DNA of 64,000 nt from Candidatus Hermodarchaeum yapensis (GTDB lineage Archaea > Asgardarchaeota > Hermodarchaeia > Hermodarchaeales > Hermodarchaeaceae), in the NCBI GenBank assembly GCA_016840405.1, contig JAEOSK010000010.1, positions 1-64,000 of the forward strand, read 5' to 3'. Positions 30,142 to 40,221 of the stretch are shown here, in pieces. The notes under the pieces were generated by a model. That model saw only the letters and a program-made list of their open reading frames with translations, did no database searches and had not been told where the DNA came from. The position numbers and the translations under genes were made by a program. Each line of letters opens with the position of its first letter. Positions within the stretch are counted from its first letter, which is position 1.

Positions 30142-30552
30142 ATGTTGGGAATCTTTGACCGAATAAAGAGCTGGTTTACACGCAAAACTAAACCCTCCTC
30201 TCCCTCTCCTACGACCGCACCCTCTCCTCCCGCCTTTGATCGCCCTATGTCTACGCCTGACGTGAATTCGGAATCTGTACCGGTGGGGGCGCTGGTGACA
30301 GAGGCTGATGTGTTGATGCAAGAACATGTACAATTGGAAGGTGAGAGAACGCGGTTGCGTCAGGAGATTACGGTGGTGGATTCACAGTATGCAGCGGGTG
30401 AGATAGGCGCAGCTGATCGGGATCGGGCGTATCGTACTCGGTTAGCCCGTGCGGGCAGTATTCGTGTGCGGCAAATGGAGATTCGGAGTCGGCTAGCTGA
30501 GATGGGTCAGGAAGTACCCCAGGAATGGGGTACGATCCGAATTATGCGGTAA
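30142..30552 (+). CDS. Small protein: N-terminal amphipathic helix plus helical hairpin (paralog A)
   Basis: MLGIFDRIKSWF...GEI...DRAYRTRLAR...IRVRQMEIRSRLAEMG; homologous to the next gene. Confidence 0.8.
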   Translation: MLGIFDRIKSWFTRKTKPSSPSPTTAPSPPAFDRPMSTPDVNSESVPVGALVTEADVLMQEHVQLEGERTRLRQEITVVDSQYAAGEIGAADRDRAYRTRLARAGSIRVRQMEIRSRLAEMGQEVPQEWGTIRIMR

Positions 30553-30703
30553 CGAGTTCAAGCGTAACTGGATGAAATACGGAAAATTACCGAAACGCTT
30601 TTTATCCGACACTCGAAGGTCTATAAAACCTCCTTAAGGCAGGACACGGGGTATGCAACCAGCCTAACTAAGTAGAGTGGGTTCTTACGAAGGAGAACTA
30701 ACC

Positions 30704-31033
30704 ATGGGTTTTTTTGATAAGATTAAAGACTGGTTTCGTAAGCTGATAAGCAGGGAACCTAAAGTATCGGAAGTCAAAGGAGACCAGTCAATCCAGACTG
30801 AAGTTGATCAACTCTTCAATGAACAGGCTTCTCTAAGTAGTGAATTTGAACAAATCCGAAAAGAACTTGCTGAAATTGATGACAAATTGGGTATGGGCGA
30901 GCTTGAAGCTTCTGAGCATGACCGTGAATACCGTGAAAGACTGGTTCGGACCAGTCAAATTCGGTTACTTCAAATGGAGATTCGTGAACGGTTAGCTAAT
31001 CTAGGCAGCCCATTACCGGAAGAATCCATGTAA
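30704..31033 (+). CDS. Small protein: N-terminal amphipathic helix plus helical hairpin (paralog B)
   Basis: AGGAG RBS, then MGFFDKIKDWFRKL...GEL...DREYRERLVR...IRLLQMEIRERLANLG. Confidence 0.82.
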   Translation: MGFFDKIKDWFRKLISREPKVSEVKGDQSIQTEVDQLFNEQASLSSEFEQIRKELAEIDDKLGMGELEASEHDREYRERLVRTSQIRLLQMEIRERLANLGSPLPEESM

Positions 31034-31039
31034 TGAGAG

Positions 31040-32194
31040 TTATTTGTTAATTGAGAGAAGTGGAAACACCGTCTCTTTAACTCGAGTTACGCTTTCAGTG
31101 ACTAATCGTCCTACTTGATTGTGATCCACTTGTGACAGGCTAGGTGTTTCTGTGTCATGGAGATGGGTGGGGGCTTTCAAACCTGTCACTTCGGTGAAGA
31201 ATTTTTGCCAATCTTCTGGGATTTCGTTGTCGACTTCATATCCCGCGATTTTAGCGAGAAAGATAGTCCAACATCGGGGAACAGAGAGGAAGGAATATCC
31301 TCCACCACCGATTGCGACCAGCTTACCATCGGCATGCAAGTGAGCGAGTTGATGGATGCGTTCACCAAGAGCGCTAAAGCTGCGTGTGGTCAGAATCAAA
31401 TGACCAAGTTGATCTTGAAAATGTGTGTCAACACCAGTCTGCATGACAATAACTTCAGGTTTGTAGGCTTCAATGATGGGGGGGACAATCGCCTCAAAGG
31501 CCTCCAAATATTGATGATCTTGGGTGTAGGGAGGTAGAGGAAGGTTGACGGAGTAACCTACTCCTTCTCCTACACCTGTTTCTTGAGTAAATCCTGAGCC
31601 TGGAAACAGTATTCGTCCCGTTTCATGAATAGAAAGGGTGAGCACACCTGGGTCATCATAGAAGATCTCTTGAACCCCATCACCGTGATGCACATCAATA
31701 TCCAAGTACAAAATTCTCTTCAGTTTGTACTTGTGTTGCAAGTATTTGCACGCGATTGCTAAATCATTAAAGATGCAGAATCCTGATGCGCGATCGGCAT
31801 GGGCATGGTGAAGCCCACCGCCAGGATTCCACGAATGGTCTGCTTCTCCTTTCATCACTGCATCTACTGCTGATAATGTGGCCCCTACTTTGACACGAGT
31901 AATATCGTATGCATTTGGAAACGCGACCGTATCTCCTCCGTCTAATGCAGAATAGTCATCCCGGGTGCTTAGCATTCGAACTCGTTCAATATATTCGGTT
32001 GTATGAACCAACTTCAATTGATCTTCTGTGGCAAGTTTCACTGGAGGTTCGCTCATTCCTGGCTTTGCTAGGAGACCTAATTGTTTACTTAATTCATAGT
32101 GCAGTAGTATCCGTTCTTGATGAAGGGGATGATGAGCACCTAAATCGTACTCCATGAAACGTTCATCATAGAAGACTGCCACTGAATCAGTCAC
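31040..32194 (-). CDS. Histone deacetylase-family protein (AcuC-like)
   Basis: GGGLHHA, SGFCIFND, DIDVHHGDG and GGGGY motifs are all intact. Confidence 0.93.
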   Translation of the reverse strand: MTDSVAVFYDERFMEYDLGAHHPLHQERILLHYELSKQLGLLAKPGMSEPPVKLATEDQLKLVHTTEYIERVRMLSTRDDYSALDGGDTVAFPNAYDITRVKVGATLSAVDAVMKGEADHSWNPGGGLHHAHADRASGFCIFNDLAIACKYLQHKYKLKRILYLDIDVHHGDGVQEIFYDDPGVLTLSIHETGRILFPGSGFTQETGVGEGVGYSVNLPLPPYTQDHQYLEAFEAIVPPIIEAYKPEVIVMQTGVDTHFQDQLGHLILTTRSFSALGERIHQLAHLHADGKLVAIGGGGYSFLSVPRCWTIFLAKIAGYEVDNEIPEDWQKFFTEVTGLKAPTHLHDTETPSLSQVDHNQVGRLVTESVTRVKETVFPLLSINK

Positions 32195-32276
32195 AATCGC
32201 TCACTTCAAAGACAATAGGTTACTAACCCGATGAACTAGTTTCTTTATGATATGAAAAATGTATCCTCGATATGGA

Positions 32277-33161
32277 TTAACCACCGTGTCGATGAATCTC
32301 ATCTTCTAATCCTTTAATCGACGCTGTAAGTCGTAATCTTTCTTTCACATACTCATCGCCGTTAATTTGCCCTTTCTGAATCCTCTTGTCAAGAGTGGCT
32401 AATTCGCGGTTTAATTTTGAAATTCGTTCTCGAAGCTGATCGACATAATTCACTTGGCCAGCATTGGCTCCCATTTGAGCCGGAGTATAGGTTCCGATAA
32501 TCGTTCCATCTTCGATACGAAGGATTCGACGAGTCGCAGCAGCGACAATGGGGTTGTGGGTGACCATAATGATGGTTTTGTTATATTCACGGTTAATGCG
32601 GAGCAGATAATCCATAATGATTCTACTTGTTTCTGAATCTAATTCTCCGGTTGGTTCATCTGCTAAAAGAATGGGAGGATCATTAGCTAGCGCTGCAGCA
32701 ATTGCCACGCGCTGTTGTTGTCCTCCACTCAACTCATCAGGCTTGTGTTGCAAACGATTTGATAAATCAACAATCCCTAACAGTTCTTTAGCTCGCTCGG
32801 TCCGAGCACCACGATTTTCTTCATTGAAAATCATGGGTAATTCAACGTTTTCCAAAGCTGTAAGGGTGGGAATGAGATTCAGGTTCTGAAAAATATGTCC
32901 AACAACTCTACGCCGATAGTTCACAAGTTCAGAGACAGGGGTGAACCCAAGGGATACATCATCAACCATGATGGTACCAGCATTTGCACGGTCTAGCCCT
33001 CCAAGGATGTTGAGGAGAGTAGTTTTACCAGATCCTGAGGGTCCCATTATTGAGATCATCTCACCCCGGTCAACATCCAGTGAGAGACCTCGTAGGGCTT
33101 GAATTTCGACATTACCAATTCGATAGACTTTCACAACATCAGTACAAGAAATGAATGTCAT
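32277..33161 (-). CDS. ABC transporter ATP-binding protein (LolD/MacB type) with a C-terminal helical extension
   Basis: GPSGSGKT, LSGGQQQRV, LLADEPTGELD, MVTH. Confidence 0.95.
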   Translation of the reverse strand: MTFISCTDVVKVYRIGNVEIQALRGLSLDVDRGEMISIMGPSGSGKTTLLNILGGLDRANAGTIMVDDVSLGFTPVSELVNYRRRVVGHIFQNLNLIPTLTALENVELPMIFNEENRGARTERAKELLGIVDLSNRLQHKPDELSGGQQQRVAIAAALANDPPILLADEPTGELDSETSRIIMDYLLRINREYNKTIIMVTHNPIVAAATRRILRIEDGTIIGTYTPAQMGANAGQVNYVDQLRERISKLNRELATLDKRIQKGQINGDEYVKERLRLTASIKGLEDEIHRHGG

Positions 33162-33164
33162 TGC

Positions 33165-35933
33165 TTATCCCGACCTGAGCACCTCTGCTCCTTTTTGTGC
33201 GCGACGTGTAGCCTGAATGATAGGTATTATTGCAAAGACCATTAGAAGCAGAATCAAACCAAGGATCTGCAAGAATAGTGTTGGAGAAAAAATGATAGTC
33301 ATACTCCGTGGAATAAATGCGTCCAATGCAGTCAAATCAGCCAACTGTGCATATGACACAACAAATCCTGCAAATCCTCCGATTATCAAGGAAAAAAGAA
33401 TCCACAGGGTTGTTTCACCAAGGAGAACTATCCGAGTCTGTTTTTTCGATGACCCCCGCGCTGCCATCAAAGCCAAATCTCGTTCTTTCTCCCTTAATGA
33501 GGCAGTGATAATAATCGCCGTTCCTGCAGAGGCCAACAAGAATGAGAAAAATACTTGGATTCGCAGAATATTCCCTGGGGCACTTAGTATTGGATTATAG
33601 GAATATTCCACTAATTTGTTGTGAAATGAATCAACGGTTGAAATCACAGGATAGGTTTCAATTTCCATCATGATATCATCTCTATCAGCTTGACCATTAC
33701 ATTCAATCAACAACCGACATGTTGAGCCTTCGATGAGTTCCAAGTATTCAAGCAGTTCAATGTTTACAATAGAATAATCGCCATGTCGTGGAGCCGTTTC
33801 TATCGTTGGGAAATCCGCTGGACCAAAGAATCCGACAACCGTAAGCGAAAGTCTATGTTCTCCTCTCCAAACAGAAATTTCTTCGCCAATACTTATATTC
33901 CTGGTTTGGGCGATTCCTCTTTGGAGAATAATCGTTAGATTGTTTGCTTTTAATGCATTGAAGGCTAGATTTGATGAGACGCCAGAAAACCAGTATTCTT
34001 CATAGTAAGCAGTGTTTGACCATTGGCTAGCATTAATTGCTCGGAGGCTTATGTCCCAAACAGATCCGATTGATACATATGTCCAAAATTCCACCGTGGC
34101 AGATTCTACTCCTGAAATATTTTCAACAGAGGGAATTAATACAGGACCACTCAAAGGTGGGACAACTGAAGCTGTAATATCTGCTCCAACCTCTGCATGA
34201 AGTGAACGGTATATGTAATCCTGTTCACTGCCTAGTATAGTTAACGTGTGAAACCCGTATGATATTACAAGGGCTAAAAGGAAAACAATCGCTGCCGTTC
34301 GACTAGGGCTCCGTTTAATGCTTCGAGTTGCTAACTCACCAATGCCCCCCATAATAGGACGCATAATCCTTTCTGAAACTTTGGAGATGATTGAACTGCC
34401 TTGAATGAGCAGTTTGCTTAGTCCATAAATAAATAATAAGATTGCAACAGGTGTTACTGCAAAATCGAATACTAGCCATGTTGAAAGGAAGATTATCATA
34501 GGAAGAGCTGGGGTACCTATCTCCATGATAGTGGTGAGCGGATTTAGGCCTGTCAACCACATCACGATTTTATAGGTTCCACATAATAATGCAATCCATA
34601 CAACCTTTTTGTTATACTCACTTGGATGGGTTGATGGACTATATTCTCTTAATGCCTCAACTGTTGGAATTCTCGCAGAATGTTGAGCTGAAGAATACGT
34701 TGACAGAAATGCAATCAGAATTGCAAAAAGAATGATCAGAACCATCAATGGGAGTGAAAAATCAGAAAGTGGTTGAAAAATCAATATTGGGCCAAGGATT
34801 ATTGGTAAGATGAGTATTGAGATTCCAATACTGAGAAGTCCAGCAATGATTCCGATTAGAAGTGATTCAAATAGAAAAATTCGTAGAATTGTCGGGCGTC
34901 TCGCTCCCTTTGTGACTAATAGACCGATTTCTCGACGTCTAAGGTTAAACGTGACATCACTCATGGTGATTCCCAAATAAAGTGCAATGAAGAAAATTGG
35001 TACTGAAGAAATTAGGAACATTATCAGCAAATCTAGCGATTCTTCAGTGCTTGCGTCAATATTCTCTTTCAAATAATTTAAGACATAAGCATCCGGATGA
35101 CTTACAATTTCTTGCACTTGGGCTTCGATAGCTATCAGTCGTGTGAAAGAACCCTGAAGATCTATGGGGTTAATCACTGCGGATCGGTCTAGCATTACCA
35201 TGATGCTATGCTCAAATGCTGGAGGAAAGGGGTAGCCGAGAACTAAGTTGTGAGTTATGTCCATCTCGTTTTGAAATGTCAGTTCCCAACTAGTAATGTA
35301 AAGATCTCTTTCGGGGGTCTGTTTCCAGGCTTCATAGTCACCCACTAGGATTTCAAGGGCCTGGTCTGTGACTGTAACGAACCCTGCAACCTCTAATGTG
35401 AAGTTTCGAGGATAATCATATGCTATATCCTCATCGGGATGCATTACAATGACTGTGAAGGTTAGATTGAATTGGTCTAGAAGATTGAAATTCGGACGTC
35501 TAACTGATGAATTCACGACCCAGACTTGATTGGGACCCAAGGTGCTATTTCCTGAAAGAACGTTGATACCATCATATACCTTGGAATGGTTTTCAATCCC
35601 GACGTATGCTTCCCATCGTGAAGTTTCGATATCTGGACCCCAAAACTCGCGAGTTTGGACTCTTGTAACGATTTCCGCGTGTTGCACTAAGCTAATTTCA
35701 TTGATTTCGTTTCGTAGATTAACGAGTGCTGAAGACCACTTTTTGTACAAGAACTGAGACGCTTCAATATCAACTGGGTACTCTTCGAATGATTGGTCAA
35801 CCATTCCCATGAAAAGTGCATTTGTACCTAACGAGATGGTTGCAAACGTTGTAGACGAAATGAGGACGCCAGCTAGTAAGACAATGAATAGCTGTTTACT
35901 GCGCATGATACGTTTGAATGCATATCCGATCAT
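33165..35933 (-). CDS. FtsX/MacB-like ABC permease (two permease halves)
   Basis: RRREIGLLVTKGA and KERDLALMAARGS motifs, two large extracellular domains, adjacent to the ATPase. Confidence 0.9.
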   Translation of the reverse strand: MIGYAFKRIMRSKQLFIVLLAGVLISSTTFATISLGTNALFMGMVDQSFEEYPVDIEASQFLYKKWSSALVNLRNEINEISLVQHAEIVTRVQTREFWGPDIETSRWEAYVGIENHSKVYDGINVLSGNSTLGPNQVWVVNSSVRRPNFNLLDQFNLTFTVIVMHPDEDIAYDYPRNFTLEVAGFVTVTDQALEILVGDYEAWKQTPERDLYITSWELTFQNEMDITHNLVLGYPFPPAFEHSIMVMLDRSAVINPIDLQGSFTRLIAIEAQVQEIVSHPDAYVLNYLKENIDASTEESLDLLIMFLISSVPIFFIALYLGITMSDVTFNLRRREIGLLVTKGARRPTILRIFLFESLLIGIIAGLLSIGISILILPIILGPILIFQPLSDFSLPLMVLIILFAILIAFLSTYSSAQHSARIPTVEALREYSPSTHPSEYNKKVVWIALLCGTYKIVMWLTGLNPLTTIMEIGTPALPMIIFLSTWLVFDFAVTPVAILLFIYGLSKLLIQGSSIISKVSERIMRPIMGGIGELATRSIKRSPSRTAAIVFLLALVISYGFHTLTILGSEQDYIYRSLHAEVGADITASVVPPLSGPVLIPSVENISGVESATVEFWTYVSIGSVWDISLRAINASQWSNTAYYEEYWFSGVSSNLAFNALKANNLTIILQRGIAQTRNISIGEEISVWRGEHRLSLTVVGFFGPADFPTIETAPRHGDYSIVNIELLEYLELIEGSTCRLLIECNGQADRDDIMMEIETYPVISTVDSFHNKLVEYSYNPILSAPGNILRIQVFFSFLLASAGTAIIITASLREKERDLALMAARGSSKKQTRIVLLGETTLWILFSLIIGGFAGFVVSYAQLADLTALDAFIPRSMTIIFSPTLFLQILGLILLLMVFAIIPIIQATRRAQKGAEVLRSG

Positions 35934-36048
35934 TCTAAGACACTGTTAGGCAATTTTAGGTGTGGCTAAGAGGGTCAATGTTCCTCGATGATAAATTATA
36001 TAACTTTTGATATCGGTGCATAATCTCCAATGCTCCAAGGTGCCAATT

Positions 36049-36483
36049 ATGTCACCCGACGAATCTGATGTTGAACCTGTAAGTGAAATGATTAAGGACA
36101 AACCTAAACGCTCCTTAAGAGATCCTTTATTATTGACCTTAGCTGGTTTCCTTATAATCGGTGGTAGTATCTGGCAACTATTTCGCTTGACTGATATTGT
36201 GCCTTTTCTTCCAGAAAATCAAGCTCTCATTTTTGTTACACAAACAGTTGAGGGTTTCTACTTGGCAATTATTTTGGGTTCGTTGCTTTTTGTGAGTAGT
36301 GCGGTTATGTTACTTGTGAATCGGCAAATAGGTGCTGTAATTGGGCTTATTTGTTCGGTGATTGGTTTCTTCATTCCGGGCTCTGGCTTTTTCATTGGAC
36401 CTATCTTAGGGTTAATTGGTGGGTTCGATGTATTGATGGTAAGTAAGCCACCTTCGGTTGGAGATCCAAATGAGGTTCTTTAA
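36049..36483 (+). CDS. Hypothetical small membrane protein
   Basis: Four Gly-rich hydrophobic segments (GFFIGPILGLIGG). ATG 36049 follows AGGTG. Confidence 0.7.
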   Translation: MSPDESDVEPVSEMIKDKPKRSLRDPLLLTLAGFLIIGGSIWQLFRLTDIVPFLPENQALIFVTQTVEGFYLAIILGSLLFVSSAVMLLVNRQIGAVIGLICSVIGFFIPGSGFFIGPILGLIGGFDVLMVSKPPSVGDPNEVL

Positions 36484-36743
36484 GTTTAGCAGAAAACCTC
36501 CTAACAAAATCTGGCTTAAAAGTTCTTGAGTTAGATTTTAGTTTGTCCAACTTAGTCACAGTTTCTTGTTTTTTTGAGGTTTTCGTCGGTTTCTTTTGTT
36601 TTTGTTGCGGAAAATCCAAGGAAAATTGAATAAAATCGTGGTTTCCTCGAAAAACTCGAAGAGTATAAAAATCTCGGTCTGCGATAATGGACTGTAAGGT
36701 GTGGCTTGCTAGGTAGTAGTGTGCTAGCTTACATGCTATCGGT

Positions 36744-37364
36744 GTGGTGTATACTCTGGAAACTCATGAACATTCCAATGGAAAGACACAGGTTGCAATC
36801 GTACCCACGACGGTGACCACCAAAACGCCGATTTACAAAGTGATTGTTGCTGGCGAAGGAGGAGTGGGGAAGACCAGTATCATCCAACGGTATATCACCG
36901 GTTTCAGTTCAACACCGATTATGACTGTTGGATCCGAATTTGCCTATCAAGAACTTGATGTCAATGCACAACGCGTGGGCTTATCTATTTGGGACTTTGG
37001 TGGCGAAGAACGTTTCCGCGAACTCATGCCCATTTTCTGTTTAGGAGCCCACGGGGCATTCGTTGTGTTTGATCTGAATCGTTTTTCCACATTCCTACAA
37101 CTTGCTTACTGGGTAGAAATCATCCGAGACGCCGCAGGAGCAATTCCGATAATTCTTGTGGGAGCCAAAGCCGATTTGGAGGGAGGACCCTCCGATGAAG
37201 ACCTTCATGATTTCTGTCTTCGTCATGAAGTCTCAGCCTATTTCCCCGTCTCTGCAAGAACAGGTGAAAATATCAGCCACCTCTTTTCATATCTCGCTGA
37301 TAAAATGATCCAAGCAACAGATGAAGGTCGGATTACTCCCGCATATTCCTTGAAAGAGAAATAG
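36744..37364 (+). CDS. Rab-like small GTPase
   Basis: YKVIVAGEGGVGKTS (G1), TVGSEF (G2), IWDFGGEERF (G3), GAKAD (G4), VSARTGENI (G5). The start is uncertain. Confidence 0.92.
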   Translation: MVYTLETHEHSNGKTQVAIVPTTVTTKTPIYKVIVAGEGGVGKTSIIQRYITGFSSTPIMTVGSEFAYQELDVNAQRVGLSIWDFGGEERFRELMPIFCLGAHGAFVVFDLNRFSTFLQLAYWVEIIRDAAGAIPIILVGAKADLEGGPSDEDLHDFCLRHEVSAYFPVSARTGENISHLFSYLADKMIQATDEGRITPAYSLKEK

Positions 37365-37477
37365 CTCCTGCCTAAGAAAACTTATTTTCATTTTTTCTGT
37401 TCTCAGGCTTCCAAACTTTTATAGGAAAACCTACTGCAAGAACCCCTTGACCAGATTACAATGACGATGATGGGATT

Positions 37478-38185
37478 GTGCCAGTAATGTACAAGGGTAA
37501 GCGCGTCTGCGTGGTAATTCCTGCCTGGAATGAAGAGGAGCCTATTGGACACACGGTGAAAAATTTTCTTACTCAAGAAGTGGACGAGCTTATTGTGGTT
37601 GACAACAATTCAACAGATAACACAGCCAAGGTCGCAAGGAGGGCGGGAGCGACTGTTGTTCCTGAGCCCATTCAAGGATACGGAGCAGCGATTCGAAGAG
37701 GATTACGCGAAGCCCTTAATCGTGGGTATGACTTGATTATCATTACTGAAGCAGACCAAACCTTCCTTGGCACTGACATCCCCAACCTCTTGGAACACAT
37801 TGATAAGCATCATTTTGTGGTTGGCACTCGTACAGCCACACCCTACTTGGAAGAAGGGGCTAACATGGGGCTCTTTCTTGTTGTCGGTAATATTGCGGTT
37901 GCAAAATTACTGGGATTACTGCATGGGTATCCCCCACTCACTGACGTCGGTTGCACCCTCCGTCTCATTCGACGTGAAATGTTAGAAGCCATCCTTCCAG
38001 AATTAGATGCTGAAGGTGCTGCGTTCTCTCCCCAAATGATTGTCAAAGTCCTGCAACATAGTGGAAAGATGAAAGAGATTCCTGTTCACTATTTGGTTCG
38101 AGTGGGAGAAGCAAAGATTACTACTTCAAAAAGGAAAGCCTTCGGCACCGGACTCAAAATGATTAGGGTTATTTTGGGATTATAG
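37478..38185 (+). CDS. GT2 glycosyltransferase, dolichol/polyprenyl-phosphate hexose synthase type
   Basis: VVIPAWNEEE, VVDNNSTDNT, GYGAA, EADQT, VGTR. Confidence 0.9.
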   Translation: MPVMYKGKRVCVVIPAWNEEEPIGHTVKNFLTQEVDELIVVDNNSTDNTAKVARRAGATVVPEPIQGYGAAIRRGLREALNRGYDLIIITEADQTFLGTDIPNLLEHIDKHHFVVGTRTATPYLEEGANMGLFLVVGNIAVAKLLGLLHGYPPLTDVGCTLRLIRREMLEAILPELDAEGAAFSPQMIVKVLQHSGKMKEIPVHYLVRVGEAKITTSKRKAFGTGLKMIRVILGL

Positions 38186-38929
38186 AATCGAGTCTTTATC
38201 TTTGCTAAGAAGTTTTTCAGCCTCAATGATGTCTTCGGGATAAGTGACGTTGAGATATTGTCCTCCGAGGAAATATCCATAGACATCTTTCCCTAATTCG
38301 CGAATAGTATTGAGGGTGTCGGTGATTTCAATTTCATTCTTCTTTGACGGAGGTGTTCGTCGTACTGCTTCGAATACAGTTTCGTCGAAGATGTAAGACC
38401 CGCAACCAAGGATGTTGTTGGTAAGCTCTGTGGGTTTTTCGATGAGATGTTGGATGATCTGAGTTTCGGGGTCGATTTCAACGGAGTAGTTTTTCTTGAT
38501 GAGGTTTTCATCCTCAACACGCATTATGCCAATTGAAGCCGCACATCCCGTTTTATCAAAGGAGTGAATGAAGCCATTATGGTCCGAGTCTAGGTAAAGC
38601 TCATCACCAAGATATACAACAAAGGGTGTATCCACAACACCTTCTGTTAAACTCACGGCATGTCCGATACCTTCCGGTTTAGGTTGTCCGACGTATTCAA
38701 TAGAAACACCGAGTTCACTGCCATCTTGAAAGTAGTTCTTGACTGCATCCGATTTTGGATTCACCACAATGATGATTTTAGAAATTCCTGCGTTTTTACA
38801 GCGGTTGATTACATGGGCTAGTATTGGACGGTTAAACACCTGAATCATGGGTTTTGGAACTTTTTCCGAGTAGGGTAAGATGCGTCTTCCTTCACCAGCT
38901 GCGGGAATTACAGCGTATTCGGGTGGCAT
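38180..38929 (-). CDS. Sugar-1-phosphate nucleotidyltransferase (RmlA/GalU-like)
   Basis: IPAAGEGRRILP...PKPM, Q..PEGIGHAV, YLGD, IEKP, EIEITD. Confidence 0.9.
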   Translation of the reverse strand: MPPEYAVIPAAGEGRRILPYSEKVPKPMIQVFNRPILAHVINRCKNAGISKIIIVVNPKSDAVKNYFQDGSELGVSIEYVGQPKPEGIGHAVSLTEGVVDTPFVVYLGDELYLDSDHNGFIHSFDKTGCAASIGIMRVEDENLIKKNYSVEIDPETQIIQHLIEKPTELTNNILGCGSYIFDETVFEAVRRTPPSKKNEIEITDTLNTIRELGKDVYGYFLGGQYLNVTYPEDIIEAEKLLSKDKDSIL

Positions 38930-39085
38930 ACGAATTCGTCAACCTGTTTCTTCTCTACAAAAGATTATCTGTCTCCTTCAAAAGCCTTTCAGGTTAATAG
39001 CCATGGAAATTCTTTCATGTGGTAGTATTTTTAGGCTAGTGTTATGCAGAAGGGATTCACGTTTGCCTATTTTGAGCTGTGCGTT

Positions 39086-40150
39086 ATGCGTTCTCGATAT
39101 TATTACCTCATTGCCATTGTGAGTCTAATCCTGATCATTGTCTGGTTACAAATTGCCTTAGTTACCGCTGGATTTGGGGGAATTGGGGCAATCTTCGTTG
39201 TTTTATCAACAGCAAATCTCTTTTGGTTACTTCCTGCTATTGCACTGTTTGCAATTGCTTATGTTCTTCGAGCGATAAGATGGTGGGTCTTACTTCGACC
39301 CTTTAAAACTCCAGGAAATCCTGCTAACCTCTTCCCAATGCTTGTAGGAGGCATCTTCCTCACCTATGTCGCGCCTCTTCGAGCTGGTGACCTTGCTACT
39401 CCCTATTGGTTAAGAGAGAAAAAAGGGACACGCTTTTCTGCGGGCCTCGCCTCTATCGTGTTGGCCCGGTTTCTCGATTTCTCAGCGCTTATCATAATAA
39501 TAGTTGTTTCAGTCTTTCTTATTTATGGTACATTAACCGGTGCAGCTTTAGAAGCGATTTTAGTTCCTATCCTATTGGGAGTAATCTTCATTGTGTTCTT
39601 CATTCTCATTCGTAATGACCGGTTTGTGAAATTCCTATCACGAATTCTTGGACGTTTATTCAAACCCTCTGAGCGATTAAAGGCTGAGGTCCCAAATTTC
39701 GTTGAGAATTTTGCGGCTGATCTCGGGACAGATGTGGGCAGTTGGAATACAGGTTGGGCGTTCTTACTGAGTGTTCCACTGTGGATGATGGAAACCATGA
39801 AACTTACATTTCTAGGTCTAGCCTTTGGAGTCAATATTCCAATTGTAGTTTCAATGTTTGTTGCGGCTATTAGTTACACCGGCGGCCATGCCCTTGGACT
39901 ACTCTTACCTGCAGGAATTGCTATTTTCATAATCCAAGTCTTCGCATTAATCGCTCTACTTGGTGGCTTTGGGATTCCAGAAGTAATTGCGATAAGCATA
40001 GCGCTCTTAGATGGTTTGATTTACATCATTGGATTCACTATAATGGGTGTACCATCCATTGCCACCATGGGTCGTGGTTATCGGGAACTCCAAGAAGAAG
40101 AATCACTCCAGGAAATTGAAGAAAAGACTTCCTCAACGGGTGATGGATAG
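39086..40150 (+). CDS. LPG-synthase-TM/UPF0104 flippase-like membrane protein
   Basis: LRAIRW, PLRAGD and LARFLD motifs with about 8 TM segments. Confidence 0.82.
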   Translation: MRSRYYYLIAIVSLILIIVWLQIALVTAGFGGIGAIFVVLSTANLFWLLPAIALFAIAYVLRAIRWWVLLRPFKTPGNPANLFPMLVGGIFLTYVAPLRAGDLATPYWLREKKGTRFSAGLASIVLARFLDFSALIIIIVVSVFLIYGTLTGAALEAILVPILLGVIFIVFFILIRNDRFVKFLSRILGRLFKPSERLKAEVPNFVENFAADLGTDVGSWNTGWAFLLSVPLWMMETMKLTFLGLAFGVNIPIVVSMFVAAISYTGGHALGLLLPAGIAIFIIQVFALIALLGGFGIPEVIAISIALLDGLIYIIGFTIMGVPSIATMGRGYRELQEEESLQEIEEKTSSTGDG

Positions 40151-40221
40151 ACCGAAAAGTTAAAGCTTATTCACCTCCCCCAGTGCATCACTGGGCAGTT
40201 CTCCAATCGGATGTGAAATGA

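Noticed and set aside
30142-31033. Calling the paralog pair ESCRT-III/Snf7 or PspA
   Set aside because: They are too short and lack the later helices and MIM tail, and no Vps4 is adjacent. Kept only as an analogy.
31040-32194. HDAC as evidence for eukaryote-like chromatin regulation
   Set aside because: AcuC-like deacetylases are widespread in prokaryotes, and no histone gene is in the window.
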